Shown here piece after piece: positions 1 to 10,500 of a DNA stretch of 61,460 nucleotides (positions within the stretch are counted from its first letter, which is position 1; every line of letters starts with the position of its first letter). Below the pieces are notes generated by a model. That model searched no databases and was not told the origin of the DNA. It worked only from the letters and a program-made list of their open reading frames with translations. The translations under genes were made by a program, and so were the position numbers. Origin of the DNA: Acidimicrobiia bacterium (lineage in GTDB: Bacteria; Actinomycetota; Acidimicrobiia; Spongiisociales; JAENVV01); assembly GCA_041577335.1 (NCBI GenBank), contig JBFGJH010000014.1, forward strand, positions 1 through 61,460, read 5' to 3'.

Positions 1-501
1 CAGGAACCGGTCGAGCTGGGCTTCTGGCAACGGGTAGGTCCCTTCCATCTCAATCGGATTCTGGGTCGCCATGACAAAGAAGGGCCGCGGCAAGGTGTGT
101 GTCACGCCGCCCAGGGTGACCCGCCGCTCCTGCATTGCCTCCAGGAGCGCGCTTTGCGTCTTGGGCGTTGCTCGGTTGATCTCGTCTGCCAACACCAGAT
201 TGGCGAATACGGGGCCTTCGTGAAACTCGAAACGACCGTCGACGAGCACATTTGTCCCCAAGATGTCAGCCGGCATGAGATCGGGAGTGAACTGCACGCG
301 TCCAAACGCCACATCGAGAACCGAGCCGAGGGTCTGGAGCAGACGAGTCTTCCCGAGCCCCGGAACTCCTTCCAATAGGACGTGCCCCTCCGCCAGGACG
401 GCGATGACAACTGCCCGCACCAATTCGGTTTGACCAACGATCACTTTGCCGACCTCGGTCGTTATGGCATCGACCTTGCCACCGAATTCGTCTACGTTCA
501 C
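1..501 (-). CDS. MoxR-family AAA+ ATPase (3' end runs off the window; not in ORF track)
   Basis: Manual translation from GTG at 501: [10 protein letters not shown]...[13 protein letters not shown] (Walker A)...[15 protein letters not shown]...[24 protein letters not shown] (Walker B)...[22 protein letters not shown]. Start overlaps the upstream stop (GTGA). Confidence 0.95.
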   Translation of the reverse strand, partial: MNVDEFGGKVDAITTEVGKVIVGQTELVRAVVIAVLAEGHVLLEGVPGLGKTRLLQTLGSVLDVAFGRVQFTPDLMPADILGTNVLVDGRFEFHEGPVFANLVLADEINRATPKTQSALLEAMQERRVTLGGVTHTLPRPFFVMATQNPIEMEGTYPLPEAQLDRFL

Positions 502-2039
502 GGCTCGAGCTCCTTGTAGTAGTCCCTGATCACGTCACTCAATGAAGGAGGAATCGACAGCGTCTCGAGGGCGTCGAGTGCCTGCTGCTCATAGACTGCG
601 AACTGGTGGGAGTACGGCACCAGCGGCAGGTTGCGAAGGCCCTCGCCCGCCACCTGACCGGCGATATCGCCGACCTCGTTGCCTTCCATGTCGACGCGTA
701 CCTGGTCGGCCGAATCCACGGCGGCGACATCGGCGATGCTGCCACGGAGGGGACCGACCACGGGATCGGGGTCGTTCTCTCCACCACGAGGCACGTCAGA
801 ACCGGAACCGGTGCCGCTCGGAGCTTGACCCTGATTGTTGGCGCCTGAGCCTCCGCCGCCGCCCGCGCCGCCTTGCCCCTGTCCCTGCCCTTGGCCCTGT
901 CCCTCGCCTTGCGCCCGGCTCTCTCCCTGTCCCTGGCCCTCTCCCTGTCCCTGGCCCTCTCCGGCAGCTTGCTGCGCAACGGCGTCGGCCAATGCTTGCT
1001 GAGCGTCGCGTAGCTGCGCCTGAGCTTGATCGACACCTTCGGCTGCCTGAAGGGCAGAAGCGGCGGCGGCGGCGGCTTCCGATGCTGCTCCGAGCTCGTC
1101 AGCACCTTGCCCGAGGCGAATCGAGGTAGCTGCGTCCTGGAGCGCTTCGGAAAGGTCTGGTTCGATCCCTGCGGTATCTTGCGCCGCCTGTTCGAGACCG
1201 TCGGCGAGGCTCTCTCGCTCGCCGTCGTCCATCTCTCCGAGCTGCTCGGCCAAAGCGGCGAGCTGTTCACCGGCGCTGGCACCGTCGGCTCCCTCGTCGG
1301 CCAGTGTCCTCTCTACGCCGGCCTGGGCGGTTCGCCTGGCGATGGTGTCGTGATCCTGGCTTTCCGCGAGCAGTTGACGGGCCTCGGCGATATCGGCAAG
1401 TGCCTGTTCGAACGTCTCGGCGTCACGAAGCTCATCGACCAGCTCCAGTAGCTGGGCCGCTTCTTCAGGGGGAAGCTGGGAGATGGTCTCCTCCAGCTGG
1501 TCGGCCTGTTCGGCAATCACCTGGCGGGTCGCCTCCTGTCGCGCTTGGACTACGTCGGCAGTCGACGGGACAAGCGCTAGAGCCAAGGCAGCAGTCAACA
1601 CCAAAAGGGCGATCAGAGAGATGCGGCGATCGGGGGTAATTGGGCCCAACTCGCGGACGCTTCTCCCGGTAGACCAGGCCGCCGATCTCCGGATCTGGAT
1701 GAGCTCTTCGTCTGATAGCTCGGGCCCATCGGAAAGCTCCAGAGCCGTGGCAATGAGATCGCGTGACTCGAGGCGATTGTCGATCTCGATGGCCACACGC
1801 CGTATCCCGGGGCGTCGCAACAACGCCGCGGCTGCGCCCACCACCATCAGCCCCGCCACCAGTGCCAGCGCAAACGGTTCGGCCCATGTCACCACTCGCC
1901 AGCGCGCGATAGCCAGAACGACTGATGAGACGGTGCCCCCTACCGCCGCGGCCACCACGACTGCCAACAGCACGCGCCCGACGGTCAATCGCCGCCGACC
2001 CAGCCGAATGAGGTTTGTAATTGGCTGGGGCAATCGCAT
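498..2039 (-). CDS. Membrane-anchored coiled-coil protein with Gly/Gln-rich linker (MoxR-associated hypothetical protein)
   Basis: Three N-terminal hydrophobic segments, long Ala/Glu/Gln helical region and GQGEGQG repeats. ATG at 2039 overlaps the upstream TGA (TGATG). Confidence 0.8.
   Translation of the reverse strand: MRLPQPITNLIRLGRRRLTVGRVLLAVVVAAAVGGTVSSVVLAIARWRVVTWAEPFALALVAGLMVVGAAAALLRRPGIRRVAIEIDNRLESRDLIATALELSDGPELSDEELIQIRRSAAWSTGRSVRELGPITPDRRISLIALLVLTAALALALVPSTADVVQARQEATRQVIAEQADQLEETISQLPPEEAAQLLELVDELRDAETFEQALADIAEARQLLAESQDHDTIARRTAQAGVERTLADEGADGASAGEQLAALAEQLGEMDDGERESLADGLEQAAQDTAGIEPDLSEALQDAATSIRLGQGADELGAASEAAAAAASALQAAEGVDQAQAQLRDAQQALADAVAQQAAGEGQGQGEGQGQGESRAQGEGQGQGQGQGQGGAGGGGGSGANNQGQAPSGTGSGSDVPRGGENDPDPVVGPLRGSIADVAAVDSADQVRVDMEGNEVGDIAGQVAGEGLRNLPLVPYSHQFAVYEQQALDALETLSIPPSLSDVIRDYYKELEP
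872..962 (-). repeat. Low-complexity coding repeat encoding (G-Q/E)n linker
   Basis: Repeated CCCTGTCCCTGGCCCTCT-like units on the + strand; translate as [13 protein letters not shown]...GQGQGQGQG on the - strand. Confidence 0.8.
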
Positions 2040-3052
2040 CAGAACTTCCCTCTGGGCACTGCCACCCGCCGGCCGGCTGCCCAAAGTGCCACGATCGTCA
2101 ACACCGTGTACACAGCCAGGGTCCGCACCCAAACAGGTCCGCGGCGCTGGGTGATCGTGGCCTGCTGCTGGGCTCCGAACTCATCTACCGGCACCGCTCC
2201 CTCGATGAACGGGCCGTCCACGAAACCAGGCTCGGTGAATCCGGATGCGAAGAACCCTGCGTCGCCCGACTGGCGGCGAATGAGTAGCTCGGTCGCCGGC
2301 GTGAACGCCCCTGCGTCGCGCCGACTGAGGAGTGGTTCTTCGATGGCTGAGACCATCCCGAAATACGGATTGGCCCATACGCTGACGACCTCACGCCCAG
2401 AACGCGGGAAGAACTGACCATCATCCGACTGGAATGCAAACAGCTCACCCGCCATCGCCAGAAGCGTTCCAACGGAGATCAGGGCCACAAAGAGCAGCGA
2501 GAGAGCCACGGCGGCGCGGCTCGTTCTCACCGCCGAAGAGATGAAAATCGACACTGCTCCAACCATCACGGCCGTAGCCGTCGTCATACCGATGGCGGCC
2601 CCCACATCGAGGAGCGTCACCCCACCAATCAGCAACGGCAGGGTGAGGATCGGAGCCACCGCCACGACGAGGAGCAGCAGGTAGGCGAGGGAGCTCGCCA
2701 GCTTGCCCAGTACCACTTGGCGAGCTCCCAGCTGAGACACCTGCAGGAGCTCGAGCGTCAGGCGCTCCCGCTCACCCACGATTGCCAAGGCCGAAACTGT
2801 TGGTACCACCAGAAGCACGGCACTCAGGAGCAACAGCGTCAACAACTCGAACATCATCGAACCCATGTACGCCGATGCCAACACCCCCGACCCGCCGCTG
2901 AAGCGGAACCGGTCGCTGGCGAATCCCTGAGCGATGCGGAAGATGAGGTAACCGGCGACGCCGACGAACAAGAGCCAGACCGAGACGGTCACCGCGGAGC
3001 GCCCGGTCCGGAAGCGGGTCTTCACTTCCCGGCGGGTTATGGGGTTCAGCAT
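2039..3052 (-). CDS. ABC-2 type transporter permease
   Basis: MLNPITRREVKTRFR start, multiple TM segments, motif AIVGERERLTLELLQVSQLGARQVVLGKL; coupled to the ABC ATPase gene. Confidence 0.9.
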   Translation of the reverse strand: MLNPITRREVKTRFRTGRSAVTVSVWLLFVGVAGYLIFRIAQGFASDRFRFSGGSGVLASAYMGSMMFELLTLLLLSAVLLVVPTVSALAIVGERERLTLELLQVSQLGARQVVLGKLASSLAYLLLLVVAVAPILTLPLLIGGVTLLDVGAAIGMTTATAVMVGAVSIFISSAVRTSRAAVALSLLFVALISVGTLLAMAGELFAFQSDDGQFFPRSGREVVSVWANPYFGMVSAIEEPLLSRRDAGAFTPATELLIRRQSGDAGFFASGFTEPGFVDGPFIEGAVPVDEFGAQQQATITQRRGPVWVRTLAVYTVLTIVALWAAGRRVAVPRGKF

Positions 3053-3984
3053 CAGTCGTCCCCTCCGTCGGTGATCTGCAGAAACAGCTCTTCGAGACCG
3101 GCCGACTCGGTTCGCCACTCGTAGACGGGAATTCCCGTCGTGACGACCGCGGCGAGCATCGCCGCGCTGTCGTCTTCGTCGCCGGTCAACCCGAAGCGCA
3201 CCAACCCTCGCTCAGTGGAGAAATCGGACGCCTGCCCGAACGTGCGGAGGAGGTCCAACGCGTCATCGAGTCGATCGTCAGGCACCCGCGCCCGCACCGA
3301 GACCATCCCGGCGAGAGCTTCTCTGATTTCGCCGATCGCACCTTGGGCGAGCACTCGTCCGTGATCGATCACCGCGAGGTGAGTGGAGATGCCTTCCAGC
3401 TCGGAGAGGATATGACTCGAGATGACCACGGTCTTGCCCATTCGCGACAGTTCGGCGATCAGGGTCCGGAGATCGAAGCGCGCTCGGGGGTCGAGCCCGG
3501 AAGCAGGCTCGTCGAGAATCAGCAAGTCGGGATCGTGCACCAGAGCTCGTGCCAGGGACAACCGTTGTTTCATACCACGGGACAACCCGTTCACGTCGGC
3601 TCCTGCTTTGGCGGAGAGGCCGACGAGCTCGAGAAGCGACTGGACGACGGTCGCCACTGTCGACGGCTTCACACCGTGAACGGTCGCAAAGAACTCCAGG
3701 TACTCTCCAGCAGTGAGACCCTCATATACCCCGAAGAAGTCCGGCATATAGCCCAATGACCTCCGGACTTCTCGACCATGGACCTCCGGGTCGTAGCCGG
3801 CGACACTCACCTCGCCGGCATCTCGATGAAGCAGGGAGCTCATGATCTGCATGCTGGTGGTCTTTCCCGCCCCGTTCGGCCCAATGAGCCCCATCACCGA
3901 ACCGGTCGGCACCTTGAGATCGATGCCGTCGGCAGCCTTCGTCGATCCATACGCCTTCTCGACACCGACCATCTGCACGATCAT
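3052..3984 (-). CDS. ABC transporter ATP-binding protein
   Basis: GPNGAGKT (Walker A), LSRGMKQR signature, LLILDEP (Walker B), SSH H-loop. ATGA overlap with the upstream stop fixes the start at 3984. Confidence 0.97.
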   Translation of the reverse strand: MIVQMVGVEKAYGSTKAADGIDLKVPTGSVMGLIGPNGAGKTTSMQIMSSLLHRDAGEVSVAGYDPEVHGREVRRSLGYMPDFFGVYEGLTAGEYLEFFATVHGVKPSTVATVVQSLLELVGLSAKAGADVNGLSRGMKQRLSLARALVHDPDLLILDEPASGLDPRARFDLRTLIAELSRMGKTVVISSHILSELEGISTHLAVIDHGRVLAQGAIGEIREALAGMVSVRARVPDDRLDDALDLLRTFGQASDFSTERGLVRFGLTGDEDDSAAMLAAVVTTGIPVYEWRTESAGLEELFLQITDGGDD

Positions 3985-6041
3985 GCGTCCCACTCCACCC
4001 GGATCGTATCGGGGATGACATCGGTGAATTCCTCGCTCGGAGTGAGGCGCACCAGCATCTCTCCACCCGGGGTGAAGAGGGACGCTCCTGAGAACTCGTC
4101 CCGCGCGTCAAGCTCTACGAACGCCCCGGCGGTCCAGTCATACACGGCAAATGAGTTGTTGAAGCCGTTGTTGAAGCCCTCCTCGATGCTCCCGCTCGTG
4201 ACACCTTCTGGCGCCGAGAAACGGAGGTACACGGCGTCCGCCCCACCGATGAACATCGAGAATCCCGAGGCCTCCACCCACTGGGCACCTTCGGCGTAGA
4301 CGAGCTCGGCAGTTGCCACAGCACCTTCGTCGAGAATCGCCGAATCGATAGGCACGACAACGAGCGACGTGCCCGTGCCCGACACCGGAACGCCATCGAC
4401 CTCGAAGTCGAGAGTCACATCGTCCGTGAAGCCGAAGAGGTAGATCCCGTCCAGGCCATCACGAAATGCTGAGCCGAGGTGATTCGAGAGCGGATACACG
4501 ACTGCCCAGGGGTCCCTGACCCCGACATCGAAGGTGCCTTGAAGGGCAATGCGTGCCATCGGCGGCTCCCACGGATCGCCGCTACCCGTGAGCCGCAACG
4601 TCACGTCTGCGCTTTCGCCGGGGGCGAGATCAGCGCTCCTCCCCGACGCATCGAAGCCCGAGGCGACTCCCCATGCCCAGAAACTCCAATCAGAGGTGTT
4701 GGATACGGATACCTGAAATCGGTCGCCGTCCGGTTCCACGGTGGCAGCCAGAGGAGCCCCCTCCGGAGTCCAGGTGGCAGCCACGGTGGCAGCTTCGAGC
4801 GACTGCAAGTCGAACTCGACACTGCTCCCCTCCGGTGTGGTCGCTGTGCCTATGACATTGGACCGGCCGAACGTTGCGGTTGGGGTGGCAGACCATCCCG
4901 CCGGGGTCACCAGCTCATGAGTACCTTCTCGTCCGGTAACCATCACGAGGCCCGTCTCCGCACGTGACTGCTCGCCGTCGAACATGATCACCGAGGCATG
5001 CGAAATCGCCGCCTTGTCTCCCCGAGGCCCGTTCAGCCAGAACAAACCAACGGCGACGATGCTCAACACCGGAATGGTCACCCACACCCACTCTGGCTTG
5101 CCCCATCGCTTCAAAACGAAAAAGTTGACTGGCCCCACAACCACGGCGTAGCCGACCAATGCAAAAGCCAGCCAGGGGATCTGCGGCAACGCGGCTCCAC
5201 CGCCGGCACTCGCTGCAGAGACCAGAGTCCATTGGCTCTGATCCTGGAACCCGACACCGTTGATCCCGGCAACCGACTGGGGAACATCACGCAGCAATCG
5301 CGGCCAGGCGTCGAGCGATATCCCCTCGGGATCGGCAATTACCAGCAGCTCGCCTCCTCCCACAGCCGACAGTTCGGCCACTCCAAAAGCCCCGCGTGTC
5401 AGAGCGGTGACCCCCAAAGAGTCTGCATCGGCGGCTGCGCTCACCAACCGCCCTCCCTCCTCGACCCAGCGCGCCAAACCCGCTCGGTCGCTTGCTTCCA
5501 ACCCAACTATCGACCCAGGGCCGGCGACGATGTAGTCGAGGGCGGAGAGGCGGTCATCGAACTCGAGGCCGTCGATGGCGACCGGTGTCACGGGAAGCAG
5601 CAGGGGCTCAGACCTCACCTGCTGAAGCGTTGCGACGAGCTCATCCGATTCAATGACGCCCGTGAGAATCTGGTCGAATCCGGGATCGAGCGGCACCCGT
5701 ACATCACGGTCGAGAACGGGGTCGCCCTCGCTGTCGACGAGTCTCACGGTGACGTTGGTGGCCGAGCCTGGAGCTGGGAGATCGAAGACCACCTCCTTGA
5801 GCCCGTCAGATGGCACCTCGATGGGGATCGCCGTCCGGAAGTTGCGAACCGACACCTCCACCGACCCAATGAAGAGCGAAGGGCTACGCACCGTGACCAC
5901 GAGCCGGGTGGGCGCGTCCGGATCGACGAACCCGTTGAGGCCTGCGGTCGCCTCGACCTCGATCGTCTGCTGGGCGGAAGCGGACGGTATGGCCACGGCA
6001 ACGAGGCCAACCGCCACGACGAGAGCCCACCATTTGCGCAT
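3981..6041 (-). CDS. Large exported/membrane protein of the MoxR-ABC operon
   Basis: Signal peptide MRKWWALVVAVGLVAVAIPSASAQQ; GATase-like segment LARWVEEGGRLV; central TM hairpin YAVVVGPVNFFVLKRWGKPEWVWVTIP. Confidence 0.8.
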   Translation of the reverse strand: MRKWWALVVAVGLVAVAIPSASAQQTIEVEATAGLNGFVDPDAPTRLVVTVRSPSLFIGSVEVSVRNFRTAIPIEVPSDGLKEVVFDLPAPGSATNVTVRLVDSEGDPVLDRDVRVPLDPGFDQILTGVIESDELVATLQQVRSEPLLLPVTPVAIDGLEFDDRLSALDYIVAGPGSIVGLEASDRAGLARWVEEGGRLVSAAADADSLGVTALTRGAFGVAELSAVGGGELLVIADPEGISLDAWPRLLRDVPQSVAGINGVGFQDQSQWTLVSAASAGGGAALPQIPWLAFALVGYAVVVGPVNFFVLKRWGKPEWVWVTIPVLSIVAVGLFWLNGPRGDKAAISHASVIMFDGEQSRAETGLVMVTGREGTHELVTPAGWSATPTATFGRSNVIGTATTPEGSSVEFDLQSLEAATVAATWTPEGAPLAATVEPDGDRFQVSVSNTSDWSFWAWGVASGFDASGRSADLAPGESADVTLRLTGSGDPWEPPMARIALQGTFDVGVRDPWAVVYPLSNHLGSAFRDGLDGIYLFGFTDDVTLDFEVDGVPVSGTGTSLVVVPIDSAILDEGAVATAELVYAEGAQWVEASGFSMFIGGADAVYLRFSAPEGVTSGSIEEGFNNGFNNSFAVYDWTAGAFVELDARDEFSGASLFTPGGEMLVRLTPSEEFTDVIPDTIRVEWDA

Positions 6042-6115
6042 GGTGATGAGACGACGGGTATCCCAGAATCGTTCCACCAAGACGAGGTTACTTGGCAGGC
6101 GCCTAGCCTACGTGT

Positions 6116-6823
6116 GTGTTGGAACAAGCCAGAGCGCTACTTCGAGGATCCAGTGAAATCGTCTCGTTCAGCGGAGCAGGATTGAGCGCCGAATCCGGAC
6201 TGGACACTTTTCGAGACGCCGACGGCGTGTGGGCACGATACGACCCAGCGGTCTACGCGTCGGTGCAAGGCTTCGAGCAGGACCCCGACGGCGTGTCAGC
6301 GTGGTATCAACTCCGTCGTCGGTCGTACGCAGACGCCCGACCGAACAACGCTCACATGGCACTGGCGGGCCGTCCCATGCGCCATGTCACCCAGAACATC
6401 GACACCCTGCTGGAACGCGCCGGTGCCGACAACGTCATCCACCTCCATGGAGCGATCGATCGGGACCGATGCCACGGCGGCTGCGGACACCGGGAAACCA
6501 TCAATCCCGCCGACCCTCCGGGACTGCGCCCATGCCCGAAGTGCGGAGCCTTGATGCGACCCGACGTTGTGTGGTTCGGCGAGCTCCTGGCCGAAGCGGA
6601 ATGGTCTGCTGCGCTGAGAGCAATCGCGGGTGCCGAGGTCCTGCTCGTCATAGGAACGAGCGCCGAGGTATGGCCGGCCGCAGGGCTCATTCATACGGCA
6701 TCGGACGCCGGCATCCCGATCGTGGTTGTCAACACCGAACCGGGAACTGCGCGAGGCATTGCGACGTACGAGTTGGTCGGCCAGGCCGGCGAGGTCGTCC
6801 CTGCTCTCCTCGAGGAGGCCTAG
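6116..6823 (+). CDS. cobB: NAD-dependent protein deacylase (Sir2/CobB, class III sirtuin)
   Basis: GAGLSAESG, TQNID, HLHG, Zn-binding C..C/CPKC, VVWFGE, IGTS; YxxR (YQLR) acidic-acyl specificity motif. Confidence 0.93.
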   Translation: MLEQARALLRGSSEIVSFSGAGLSAESGLDTFRDADGVWARYDPAVYASVQGFEQDPDGVSAWYQLRRRSYADARPNNAHMALAGRPMRHVTQNIDTLLERAGADNVIHLHGAIDRDRCHGGCGHRETINPADPPGLRPCPKCGALMRPDVVWFGELLAEAEWSAALRAIAGAEVLLVIGTSAEVWPAAGLIHTASDAGIPIVVVNTEPGTARGIATYELVGQAGEVVPALLEEA

Positions 6824-8862
6824 AAACCCTCGGGTAGGGCAATGGTGTGGCGAACCGCAATCACCGGATCGCCTGTCGGCGACACGATGAGTGGGACGAT
6901 CACTCGCACCTGTTCGAAGAGGCACACCGCCTCCGCCTCGATGTCGCAGTACACGACGGACAGATCCCCAATGAGGTCGCCACCCATGTTCACCTCGATA
7001 TCGAACACGCGCGGGAATGAGGGGTTGATCACGGAGCCGTTCGTCGTGGCCGGCACGGTGACGCCCTCTCCAGACCACTCGAAACGCGACGGCGCGTCAG
7101 GATTGATCTTGTAGCCAGGAGGCAGATCCACCGAGAGCTCCACTTCGGCGGGCCCTGGCGCAACCGTGACTTCCGCCAGAGTGACGATTGCTCCTCGATA
7201 GCTCTCCGAACCGGGTCGAGCAGCAAAGCGCTCCAAGCCGAAGAACACCATGGTGTCGACCTCACCAGTGGCAAGATTCACGCGGCGCACCGAATGATTG
7301 TTCGTGTCGGCGACGTACAGCACTCCGTCCAACTCGTCGATGCCCCCAGGTTCGTTGAACAGCGCATCCGGTCCGTCGCGCCATCCTCCCACCGAGCCGG
7401 CCACCGTGGAGGCCGCCCCGGTAACGATGTCCACGGCACGAATCCGAGAGTTGTAGGTGTCCGCCACATACAGCACGCCCGAGGCGGCCGTTACGCCCAA
7501 GGGATGCTGGAACCGGGCGTCGGCACCGACGCCGTCAACCGAGCCGAAATCGAAGAGGTTCTGATCGGTTCCCGCCAACAGCCCAACGGTGTCACCGTCC
7601 GTGAAGCGGATGGAGCTCGATTCGCTGTCGGCGAAATAGGTCGTTCCTTCAACAATCTCGACACCGGAGGGTTGAGCCAGCTCTGCTTGCTCCACCGGCC
7701 CGTTGCGGACGCTCTCTCCTCCCGAACCGGCGTAAGGCTCGGCCACCAAGGTCTCCAGATCCAGCGACCAGATCTGGTGGCTACCGGCCATCGCGATGAC
7801 GAGGCGATCTTCGTCGAAGGCCACGTCCCAGGGCGAATAGAGCGCCGTCGTCCGCCCGGGACCTCCCTTCGGTGGATAGAACCCCTGGTCACCGGTCCCG
7901 GCGATCGTCACTATGGACCCGGTGGCAATATCGACGGAGCGGATTGCGTGGTTGAGCGTATCGGCGACGTAGAGGGTGCTGCCGTCGTCGCTCACTGCGA
8001 GCCCTTGCGGGCCTGCGAAGCTGCCATCGATGCCATCGACGAAGCCGGGCTGACCCGAGCCGAACACGTCGAGGACCTCGCCCGTGAGGTTTGACATGAC
8101 GATCCGGTGATGATTGGTGTCGGAGACAAAAAGGCGATCCGGGGCCGCCAGGACCTTGCCGGGATATCGGAGCAGAGTCTCGGGGCTCGATTCGAGCTCC
8201 TTGGTGAACTCCAACGGCTCGAGGTCGAGCTTCTCAGGTGACTCGGCCGCCACCGCAGCGATAGCCGGGCGAAACACCTCGTAGACGCCCTCGCCGGCAT
8301 GCGATCCGACCACCCCACCGCGGGGATCGATCAAGACCAGCGTTGGCCACGCCTGCGCACCCCATGTTTGCCACACTGCGAAGTCGGCATCGTTGATGAC
8401 CGGATGTTCCAGCTCGTAGCGGAGGATGATCTCGCGGATGTTGTCGGTGTTGCCTTCGTTTTCGAACTTTGCCGAATGGACGCCGATCACCACCAGCGTG
8501 TCACCAAAGTCCTCCTCCAGGGCCTTGAGGTCCGGGATGATGTGGATGCAGTTGATGCAGCCATACGTCCAGAAATCGAGAACCACGACCTTGCCACGGA
8601 GCTCTTCCATGGTGAGCGGGCGGTCGGTGTTGAGCCAGGTCAAGCCGTCGGGAAACTCGGGGGCGGTCGGCCTCGATTCGGCGTCGCGGAGCTGGGGGGC
8701 AGGCTCAGTCGCTTCCGAGGCAGCGGCCGTCGGGTCGTCTGGTTGCGTTGTGGTGCCGTCGCTTTCCGGGGGCGGCCCGTTTCCTTGTGGGGTATTTGCA
8801 CTCGTGCACGCTGCCAGGGCAACGAACGAGACGGTCGCGAGTACGAGGATGCTCCGGTTCAC
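6820..8862 (-). CDS. Thioredoxin-like + NHL-repeat lipoprotein (NHLRC2/SOQ1-like)
   Basis: Lipobox LAAC; DFWTYGCINC thioredoxin motif; repeated YVADT.N..IR NHL units. Likely GTG start at 8862 (ORF open to 8889). Confidence 0.9.
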   Translation of the reverse strand: MNRSILVLATVSFVALAACTSANTPQGNGPPPESDGTTTQPDDPTAAASEATEPAPQLRDAESRPTAPEFPDGLTWLNTDRPLTMEELRGKVVVLDFWTYGCINCIHIIPDLKALEEDFGDTLVVIGVHSAKFENEGNTDNIREIILRYELEHPVINDADFAVWQTWGAQAWPTLVLIDPRGGVVGSHAGEGVYEVFRPAIAAVAAESPEKLDLEPLEFTKELESSPETLLRYPGKVLAAPDRLFVSDTNHHRIVMSNLTGEVLDVFGSGQPGFVDGIDGSFAGPQGLAVSDDGSTLYVADTLNHAIRSVDIATGSIVTIAGTGDQGFYPPKGGPGRTTALYSPWDVAFDEDRLVIAMAGSHQIWSLDLETLVAEPYAGSGGESVRNGPVEQAELAQPSGVEIVEGTTYFADSESSSIRFTDGDTVGLLAGTDQNLFDFGSVDGVGADARFQHPLGVTAASGVLYVADTYNSRIRAVDIVTGAASTVAGSVGGWRDGPDALFNEPGGIDELDGVLYVADTNNHSVRRVNLATGEVDTMVFFGLERFAARPGSESYRGAIVTLAEVTVAPGPAEVELSVDLPPGYKINPDAPSRFEWSGEGVTVPATTNGSVINPSFPRVFDIEVNMGGDLIGDLSVVYCDIEAEAVCLFEQVRVIVPLIVSPTGDPVIAVRHTIALPEGF

Positions 8863-8947
8863 CCCTCCAGAATGGCAGACGGCGGCCACTACCAGTCCTC
8901 AAGGCACCACCTCGACGCACCGATAGAAATCTGAACGTAGGGAGCCC

Positions 8948-10024
8948 ATGCCAAAACTCGACGCGCTATTCAACGCTCTCAGCGAGCAGGACGGATCCGA
9001 TCTTCACCTCGTGGCAGGCCAGGTGCCCATCATGCGGATCCATGGAGAGTTGACCCGCCTCAAAGGCGAACCATTGAATGATCAGACCGTGCGCGTGCTA
9101 TTGCGCGAGATCACGCCGCCGGACGATTGGGAGAAGTTCGAAAAGACCGGTGACGTCGATTTCGGTTACGAGCTCCCAGGTGTGGCGCGCTTTCGCTGCA
9201 ACATCTTCATGCAGAAGAACGGTGCAGGTGGCGTATTCCGGCTCATTCCGTCGAAGATTCTCACGAGCGAGGATCTCGCTCTTCCTCCGGCGATCAGAGG
9301 CCTTGCCAAACTCGAGAAAGGGCTTGTGCTCGTCACCGGCCCCACCGGCTCGGGCAAGTCAACGACTCTGGCAGCAATAATCGATGAGGCCAACGGCGCC
9401 CGCAACGACCATATTCTCACCATCGAGGATCCTGTCGAGTTTGTCCACAAGAGCAAGCGCGCCCTCGTGAACCATCGTGAAGTCGGGTCACACACCCAGT
9501 CGTTCGCTTCGGCTCTCCGCGCTGCGCTCAGAGAAGACCCGGATATTCTCCTCGTCGGCGAGATGCGGGACCTCGAGACGATCCGCCTGGCCGTCGAAGC
9601 TGCGGCGACCGGTCACCTGGTCTTCGGGACACTCCATACGACCAATGCGGCGAAGACCGTCGACCGGGTCATCGAGGTCTTCCCTTCCGACGAGCAGCCG
9701 CAGATCCGATCGACTCTCGCCGACAGCCTCAAAGCGGTTATCTCGCAGGTGCTCTTCAAAACGATCGACGCCCCCGGTCGTATCGCGGCGCTCGAAGTGA
9801 TGGTGTGCACTCCTGCCGTCAGCAATCTCATCCGGGAAGGCAAGACATTCCAGATACCTTCCGCCATGCAAACCGGCAAGAGCGACGGTATGCAAACTCT
9901 CGACTCTGCAATCATCGACCTCCTCAACGACAAGCGCATCGATCCGGCCACGGCGTACGACCGTGTCATCAACCGCGAGCTGGTCGTGCCCTTCCTCCCC
10001 GAAGATCACCCGGCCCGAACATGA
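8948..10024 (+). CDS. pilT: PilT/PilU-family type IV pilus retraction ATPase
   Basis: SDLHL, GPTGSGKST, TIEDPVE (Asp box), LREDPDILLVGEMRD, GHLVFGTLHT (His box), AVSNLIRE (AIRNLIRE variant). Confidence 0.95.
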   Translation: MPKLDALFNALSEQDGSDLHLVAGQVPIMRIHGELTRLKGEPLNDQTVRVLLREITPPDDWEKFEKTGDVDFGYELPGVARFRCNIFMQKNGAGGVFRLIPSKILTSEDLALPPAIRGLAKLEKGLVLVTGPTGSGKSTTLAAIIDEANGARNDHILTIEDPVEFVHKSKRALVNHREVGSHTQSFASALRAALREDPDILLVGEMRDLETIRLAVEAAATGHLVFGTLHTTNAAKTVDRVIEVFPSDEQPQIRSTLADSLKAVISQVLFKTIDAPGRIAALEVMVCTPAVSNLIREGKTFQIPSAMQTGKSDGMQTLDSAIIDLLNDKRIDPATAYDRVINRELVVPFLPEDHPART

Positions 10025-10485
10025 ACGAGCTGCGTGTCGAAAAGGAGGACGTGCATGTTTCGGTCTACATGGTCAACTCGAGCGTCCTGCGCGGCTGGGT
10101 CTTCCTCTCGGCTTACGCACCTCATCGGTTGGGCATCGAAACCATCCAAGATCTGATGACCGAGCACGATCCCATGTTTCCGCTGCGCGACAAGGCCGGA
10201 CGATTCGTCCTCGTCGGCCGGAGCGGGGTGAGCGCAGTCGAGGTTGACAAACGGCGCATCGTGAGGACTCCGGCGACGGTGGAAATCCCTGTTCAGCTCG
10301 AAATGATCGGCGGTCACCGCTTTGGTGGCAACTTCTTGATCGAACACGGATTGGGCGACCGCGTCTCCGATGTCCTCAACGGCGCCGACCCCTGGTTGCG
10401 CGTCGATACCGGCGTGTCACAGGTGTGGGTTCGCACGGACGCAGTGCTCGTGGCACGCCCGGAGAAGGCGAAGCAACTGCACTAG
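10021..10485 (+). CDS. Hypothetical protein with internally duplicated small domain (DUF6812-like)
   Basis: ATG at 10021 overlaps the pilT stop (ATGA). Two similar halves: VSVYMVNSSVLRGWVFL...TIQDLMTEHDPMFPL and VQLEMIGGHRFGGNFLI...RVSDVLNGADPWLRV. Family name is from recall only. Confidence 0.7.
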   Translation: MNELRVEKEDVHVSVYMVNSSVLRGWVFLSAYAPHRLGIETIQDLMTEHDPMFPLRDKAGRFVLVGRSGVSAVEVDKRRIVRTPATVEIPVQLEMIGGHRFGGNFLIEHGLGDRVSDVLNGADPWLRVDTGVSQVWVRTDAVLVARPEKAKQLH

Positions 10486-10500
10486 ACCTTGGCCGAGGAT

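Noticed and set aside
97..437. ORF-track entries 97..378 (+) and 102..437 (-)
   Set aside because: Shadow frames of the MoxR gene, which runs off the window edge in another frame.
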